IMG/VR virus record: IMGVR_UViG_3300012630_000124
Location: 1-7,111 of that record
DNA from: a virus
DNA length: 7,111 nucleotides
Direction: 5' to 3' (one strand)
Below the pieces are notes generated by a model. The model searched no databases. It saw only the letters and a program-made list of their open reading frames with translations, and was not told where the DNA came from. The translations under genes were made by a program, and so were the position numbers. This document shows, one piece after another, positions 3,903-7,111 of the stretch; the first letter of the stretch is position 1; each line of letters begins with the position of its first letter.

Positions 3903-4112
3903 TTAGCTAGAGAAATAGCGAATAATCGAAGTAATGATAAATAGTGAAATTAATACAAAATTGAAAAGGCTCAAGCGAAAAGGTTTGGGGTTTGTTTGAT
4001 GGGGTTTGTCATCGGTAGAGAGTTCACGCGGATCTTTATCTAATGTTTGATAGGTTTTAGGTTTAGTTTTTTGATGATGGTCTTTATACCAATCTCTATC
4101 AATCATACTCAT
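3903..4112 (-). CDS. Hypothetical tail-anchored small membrane protein, 69 aa, in the slot occupied by gIV in Ff
   Basis: SD AAGGGA lies 7 nt upstream of the ATG at 4112. The N-terminal 45 aa are charged and Pro/Lys/Asp/Thr-rich, and the C-terminus has the TM-like segment LSLFNFVLISLFIITSII. A hand count gives roughly one-third GC, visibly lower than neighbouring genes. Confidence 0.5.
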   Translation of the reverse strand: MSMIDRDWYKDHHQKTKPKTYQTLDKDPRELSTDDKPHQTNPKPFRLSLFNFVLISLFIITSIIRYFSS

Positions 4113-4123
4113 AAAATAGTCCC

Positions 4124-5359
4124 TTATGTTTTATCTTGTGGGAGAGGCGCAACGGCCGCGATCGATTGCGAAGATTCAGAATGTACGTAATGAGGGCGAC
4201 ATTTTACAAGCTTACTTTCATTTTTAAAAGTTATCGTTGCAGCACATGGGGCAAGATAAGTAACTTTGTAACCCAAATCAGTAGGATAAAAAGACCCATC
4301 ATCAGATTCAAAACAAAAATCCGCATGTGATTTACCAGTTGAGACAGTGCAAGTTATAACAACACTTTCTAAGGTTGACTCAAAATCAGATAGATTTGTT
4401 TGCTGATTTGATTGTTGCTCATCAACTTCATTTACTGGTGCTGGGGCCTGTGATGTCGGATTGGCAGTTGTTAGTTGCTGAGGTTCTTCAGCTTGGGAGA
4501 AATAGTACCAAGCAAAAAAGCAAAGGACAGCAGCGGGAAGTTGCCATCCAAATTTTAAAAGAGGATTTACTTTTTTTGGTACTGGTTGTTTTGCTGGCTC
4601 TATTTTCTGAGGTTCTTTTTTATCGAAGTAGTTAGCGGGCAAAACGGTAAACGATGCCCGCATGTCTATTTGCTTACCGTACTTATTAATAAATGTGTCT
4701 AAGATGAATTGCTGGCTAGTCTTATAGGCCGGATGCAATTCATAACATTTAAAAAACTCAGTCTTAGATAAATGATGACGATCCTTCTTTTTCCCGTTGT
4801 AAACATTAAGAACGTGAAAGCCATAAGGAGCAGTAATCTTAATAATTGGATTAATAAATAGATTCAAAATCTTTCCGAGAATCGGAGAGCTAAAAAGATT
4901 TTTACCGCTTCGACAATGCCAAATTTCCTGCAGAAGTGTTTCGCGCAATTGTTTGTCGACTGCATCAACATCTTGAGATAAAAGCCAAACCCGCCACCCA
5001 AGCTTACGAGATTGCACGAACCAAGATACAACGGCCAAGCGATCTTTATCATTCCATGAGCGAGAGTTAAACGAAGTTAAAAGTTCATCAATGACAATAA
5101 GACCAAAACGGCTTTCGTCGTAAGTGTCTGGGTTGTCTGGGTCTAATTCCGGATAAGCTTTTCCAAGCAATTCCAAATCAATAGAACGAGGAATATCAGG
5201 CAAACGAGTAATATAAGATTTCGCGTTAGGTGCTAAAACATCCGGCTTAATGTCCAAATTAGTAGCAACACGCAAACCCAATTGCAGATAAGTTTTAATT
5301 TCTCTAACCGCGATTTTTGACTTGCCGGAGCCGCGAACACCTTCAACGAAAATTGCCAT
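4124..5359 (-). CDS. gI: Assembly ATPase pI / Zot-family protein, 411 aa
   Basis: Walker A GVRGSGKS. VATNLDI; YDESRFGLIVIDE; NSRSWNDKDRLAVVSWFVQSRKLGWRVWLLSQDVDAVDKQ versus M13 pI NTRSWNDKERQPIIDWFLHARKLGWDIIFLVQDLSIVDKQ (from memory). TM segment WQLPAAVLCFFAWYYF. The C-terminus GYKVTYLAPC...KLVKC resembles M13 GYSLTYIDLC...EIVKC. TAATG overlap with gVI. Confidence 0.93.
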   Translation of the reverse strand: MAIFVEGVRGSGKSKIAVREIKTYLQLGLRVATNLDIKPDVLAPNAKSYITRLPDIPRSIDLELLGKAYPELDPDNPDTYDESRFGLIVIDELLTSFNSRSWNDKDRLAVVSWFVQSRKLGWRVWLLSQDVDAVDKQLRETLLQEIWHCRSGKNLFSSPILGKILNLFINPIIKITAPYGFHVLNVYNGKKKDRHHLSKTEFFKCYELHPAYKTSQQFILDTFINKYGKQIDMRASFTVLPANYFDKKEPQKIEPAKQPVPKKVNPLLKFGWQLPAAVLCFFAWYYFSQAEEPQQLTTANPTSQAPAPVNEVDEQQSNQQTNLSDFESTLESVVITCTVSTGKSHADFCFESDDGSFYPTDLGYKVTYLAPCAATITFKNESKLVKCRPHYVHSESSQSIAAVAPLPQDKT

Positions 5360-5682
5360 TATTTAGTGGTTACCTTAATTTTCAGCGCACGCTGATGGAA
5401 AGTAAAAAGCGCTGAAAGCGCATAGGCCGATGAAATAGCAGATATACAGACAGAAGCATTTGGCGGAACTAAAGAAAGACCCGCAGCTAAAAAACCGTTA
5501 CTAGGTGCGCTGGTTGCCAAAGATGAAAAAAGCTCTGTAAAACCAGTGGCTAAAGCAGTAACAGCAGCTACATAAACACCAATATAAATAACTGCTAAGC
5601 CTAGCCGCTGAGCGGCAAAGGCTACAAAGATACGAAAAAATGAAGTTAGACCAGTGACAATAAACGTAAGAAAAGCAGCCAT
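5359..5682 (-). CDS. gVI: pVI-like minor coat/termination protein, 107 aa, multi-pass hydrophobic
   Basis: It lies between gIII and gI with TAATG overlaps at both ends. It is strongly hydrophobic. LSLVPPNASVCISAISSAYALSALFTF resembles M13 pVI LILPSNALPCFYVILSVKAAIFIF (from memory). Confidence 0.8.
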   Translation of the reverse strand: MAAFLTFIVTGLTSFFRIFVAFAAQRLGLAVIYIGVYVAAVTALATGFTELFSSLATSAPSNGFLAAGLSLVPPNASVCISAISSAYALSALFTFHQRALKIKVTTK

Positions 5683-7111
5683 TATGGGGTTACCTCAAGT
5701 GTGCGATGGAAGATACGGAAACAAAGTAACAGCGTGTAAATTGATAAAAGCCAACTCACAACAGGTTGACCCCAATCATTATAAGGGGGGCAATGTTGGT
5801 CAACAGTGATGGTTTTTGGCTCACCTCGAATAGATACAGAGAGATTAAAACCGCGACAGCCACCACTAGTTGGTAAGGTTACAAAATCCAAAAGCTTTGG
5901 TTGACCGTTAAAATTAGGTAACGGTGATTCGATGAAATCAGTAAGTTTTTGGTGCTCTTGGGTGAGCTTATCAACTTCAGTTTGTACACTCTGACCTTGC
6001 ACGGCCTGATTTCCCCAGCTGTTATTTGAAGCCTCATATTGAGATTTGGTTAGACCGGGGAATTTAGACCAATCAATAGGAGTTTCTTCTTTTGGTGGTG
6101 CGTCAGGTGTAATAGTTTGATTAGTGTATAAATCAACAAAGGTACTGCCTTCGTGCCAGTTGTTAATCTGGACTAATAAATTAGGCATCATTTCTGCTGG
6201 TACATAATTAGGGGCGTTTGGGTTGGTATGCTGCACAGTACCAGTAGCAATAGCTTCAGCAGCATCAGCAAAAGAGGGGCTAACAGGGTCAAAAGTCGGA
6301 TTATCAAATAAATCCGGATAAGGTGCGCCAGTCTCCCAATCAACAAAATCATCTAGACCAATATCAGCATCAATCAAAGGATTAGGGTTTTTTGCATATT
6401 GTTCATTTAGCCAAGTCTCATCAATCGCAGAAACTCGTATGTTATTAGTTGGCCGGAAGCACGAATGAGCATTATTAATGAATAAAGGGCCATTGGTGTA
6501 ATCTGGATTTGCATCCGGTGGACAAATAAAACCTTCTTGATTTTGACCAAGCCCAACAGAACCAGCGACAAACTGAGTGCCAACAGAAGGCGCGGAAGTA
6601 TTACAAACAGGCTGACCAGATGAATTAGCAAAACAAGTAGTTTGGACAGCAGTAGAGACAATTTTATAACCGATAGTGGCACTAGATAAATTAATAGTAT
6701 TAATGGACTCAAACGAGCGATTAATAGTGAGCGTGATATTGGGTGCCATTTCAATATTTTCAGAAGCTTTAGGCAATTGAATTTGTGAAGATACGGATTC
6801 AGAGGCTTTAGAAACACAATCAGCGAACGTAGTACCAGTGAAAGCGCCTAAGTGAGTATCAGAAGGATAATAAGCATTACAAGTAACGAAAGTTTGCGGT
6901 TTAGCGGGGACATGATCAGTAAAATCTATTTCACCTGGTTGCGATGCATCTTCAGTATCAAAGCACAGAGAAGTAAACAATTGAGAAGTACAATTTGCCT
7001 CATAAGCACCATAAGCAATCAAAGCAGCTTTACCAGCTGGAGTCATATTAGCGGCACGCTGACCAAGGGAAGACAAAGCGCGTAAAAAATTAGGCTTAGC
7101 CATCCGCACAG
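5682..7111 (-). CDS. gIII: Main body of the pIII-like adsorption/minor coat protein. The ORF-track start at 7109 is an artefact of linearisation.
   Basis: This is the largest ORF and sits immediately after the major coat gene and terminator, as gIII does in Ff. It has several Cys pairs. The C-terminal hydrophobic anchor VVSWLLSIYTLLLCFRIF is preceded by C...C, like the pIII C-domain. Its stop overlaps the gVI start (TAATG at 5684-5680). Confidence 0.85.
   Translation of the reverse strand, partial: VRMAKPNFLRALSSLGQRAANMTPAGKAALIAYGAYEANCTSQLFTSLCFDTEDASQPGEIDFTDHVPAKPQTFVTCNAYYPSDTHLGAFTGTTFADCVSKASESVSSQIQLPKASENIEMAPNITLTINRSFESINTINLSSATIGYKIVSTAVQTTCFANSSGQPVCNTSAPSVGTQFVAGSVGLGQNQEGFICPPDANPDYTNGPLFINNAHSCFRPTNNIRVSAIDETWLNEQYAKNPNPLIDADIGLDDFVDWETGAPYPDLFDNPTFDPVSPSFADAAEAIATGTVQHTNPNAPNYVPAEMMPNLLVQINNWHEGSTFVDLYTNQTITPDAPPKEETPIDWSKFPGLTKSQYEASNNSWGNQAVQGQSVQTEVDKLTQEHQKLTDFIESPLPNFNGQPKLLDFVTLPTSGGCRGFNLSVSIRGEPKTITVDQHCPPYNDWGQPVVSWLLSIYTLLLCFRIFHRTLEVTP
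7057..7111. repeat. Second copy of the 55-nt terminal redundancy (duplicate of 1-55)
   Basis: Identical to 1-55. 55 is a common de Bruijn assembler k-mer length. Confidence 0.95.

Noticed and set aside
4661-4663. Internal Met233 of pI as a pXI-like nested start
   Set aside because: Ff makes pXI from an internal start about 12 residues before the TM helix. Here the only Met upstream of the TM is about 45 residues away and has no SD-like sequence. No ATG, GTG or TTG lies closer, so a pXI equivalent cannot be supported.
4136-5052. Short ORFs 4136-4330(+), 4375-4635(+) and 4864-5052(-) within gI
   Set aside because: These are antisense or off-frame shadows of the strongly supported pI/Zot CDS.
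6407-7085. ORFs 6407-6817(-) and 6852-7085(+) within the gIII-like gene
   Set aside because: The off-frame Leu-rich ORF and the antisense ORF lack start signals, and the gIII frame is supported by gene order and C-terminal anchor architecture.
7101-7109. GTG (7109) or ATG (7103) as the start of the 475-aa ORF
   Set aside because: This is an artefact of where the circle was cut. The frame continues open through the junction to the ATG at 269, which has a consensus SD and a signal peptide.
1-7111. The 55-nt terminal direct repeats as att sites, LTR-like ends or target-site duplications of an integrated element
   Set aside because: The repeat is internal to a CDS that reads through in frame, and there is no flanking non-phage sequence. 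An assembly overlap of a circular molecule is the simpler explanation.
1-7111. tRNA, rRNA, CRISPR arrays, IS elements, integrase or transposase genes
   Set aside because: None are visible. There are no repeat-spacer arrays and no cloverleaf-like segments in the short non-coding regions, and all long ORFs are accounted for by phage functions.

Overview
The window is a complete, circularly permuted genome of a filamentous ssDNA phage (Inoviridae) with an Ff/M13-like backbone. Bases 1-55 are repeated exactly at 7057-7111, so the unique circle is 7,056 bp. All genes except one lie on the minus strand, so the packaged viral strand is probably the reverse complement of the given strand. They follow canonical Ff order: gII (with a nested gX-like start), an ssDNA-binding gene, gVII, gIX, gVIII (major coat), a strong terminator, a gIII-like adsorption protein, gVI and gI/Zot. 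SD sites and ATGA/TAATG start-stop overlaps support these calls. gVII and gIX are too short for the ORF track and were found by hand translation. The gIII-like gene crosses the artificial contig ends, so its real start and signal peptide are at 269. Three things depart from Ff. (1) There is no pIV secretin gene; an AT-rich 69-aa tail-anchored ORF sits in that position. (2) A switch module lies between the origin and gII: a plus-strand HTH repressor-like gene faces two 18-bp palindromic operators. (3) Two translationally coupled unknown genes (139 aa, Cys-rich; 77 aa, small regulator-like) precede gII. The intergenic region has a plus-strand origin strikingly like the f1 origin core, a dif-like candidate XerCD site overlapping the repressor stop codon, and three GC-rich hairpins. 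Comparisons to M13/f1 are from memory, not computed alignments. The host cannot be determined from the sequence.
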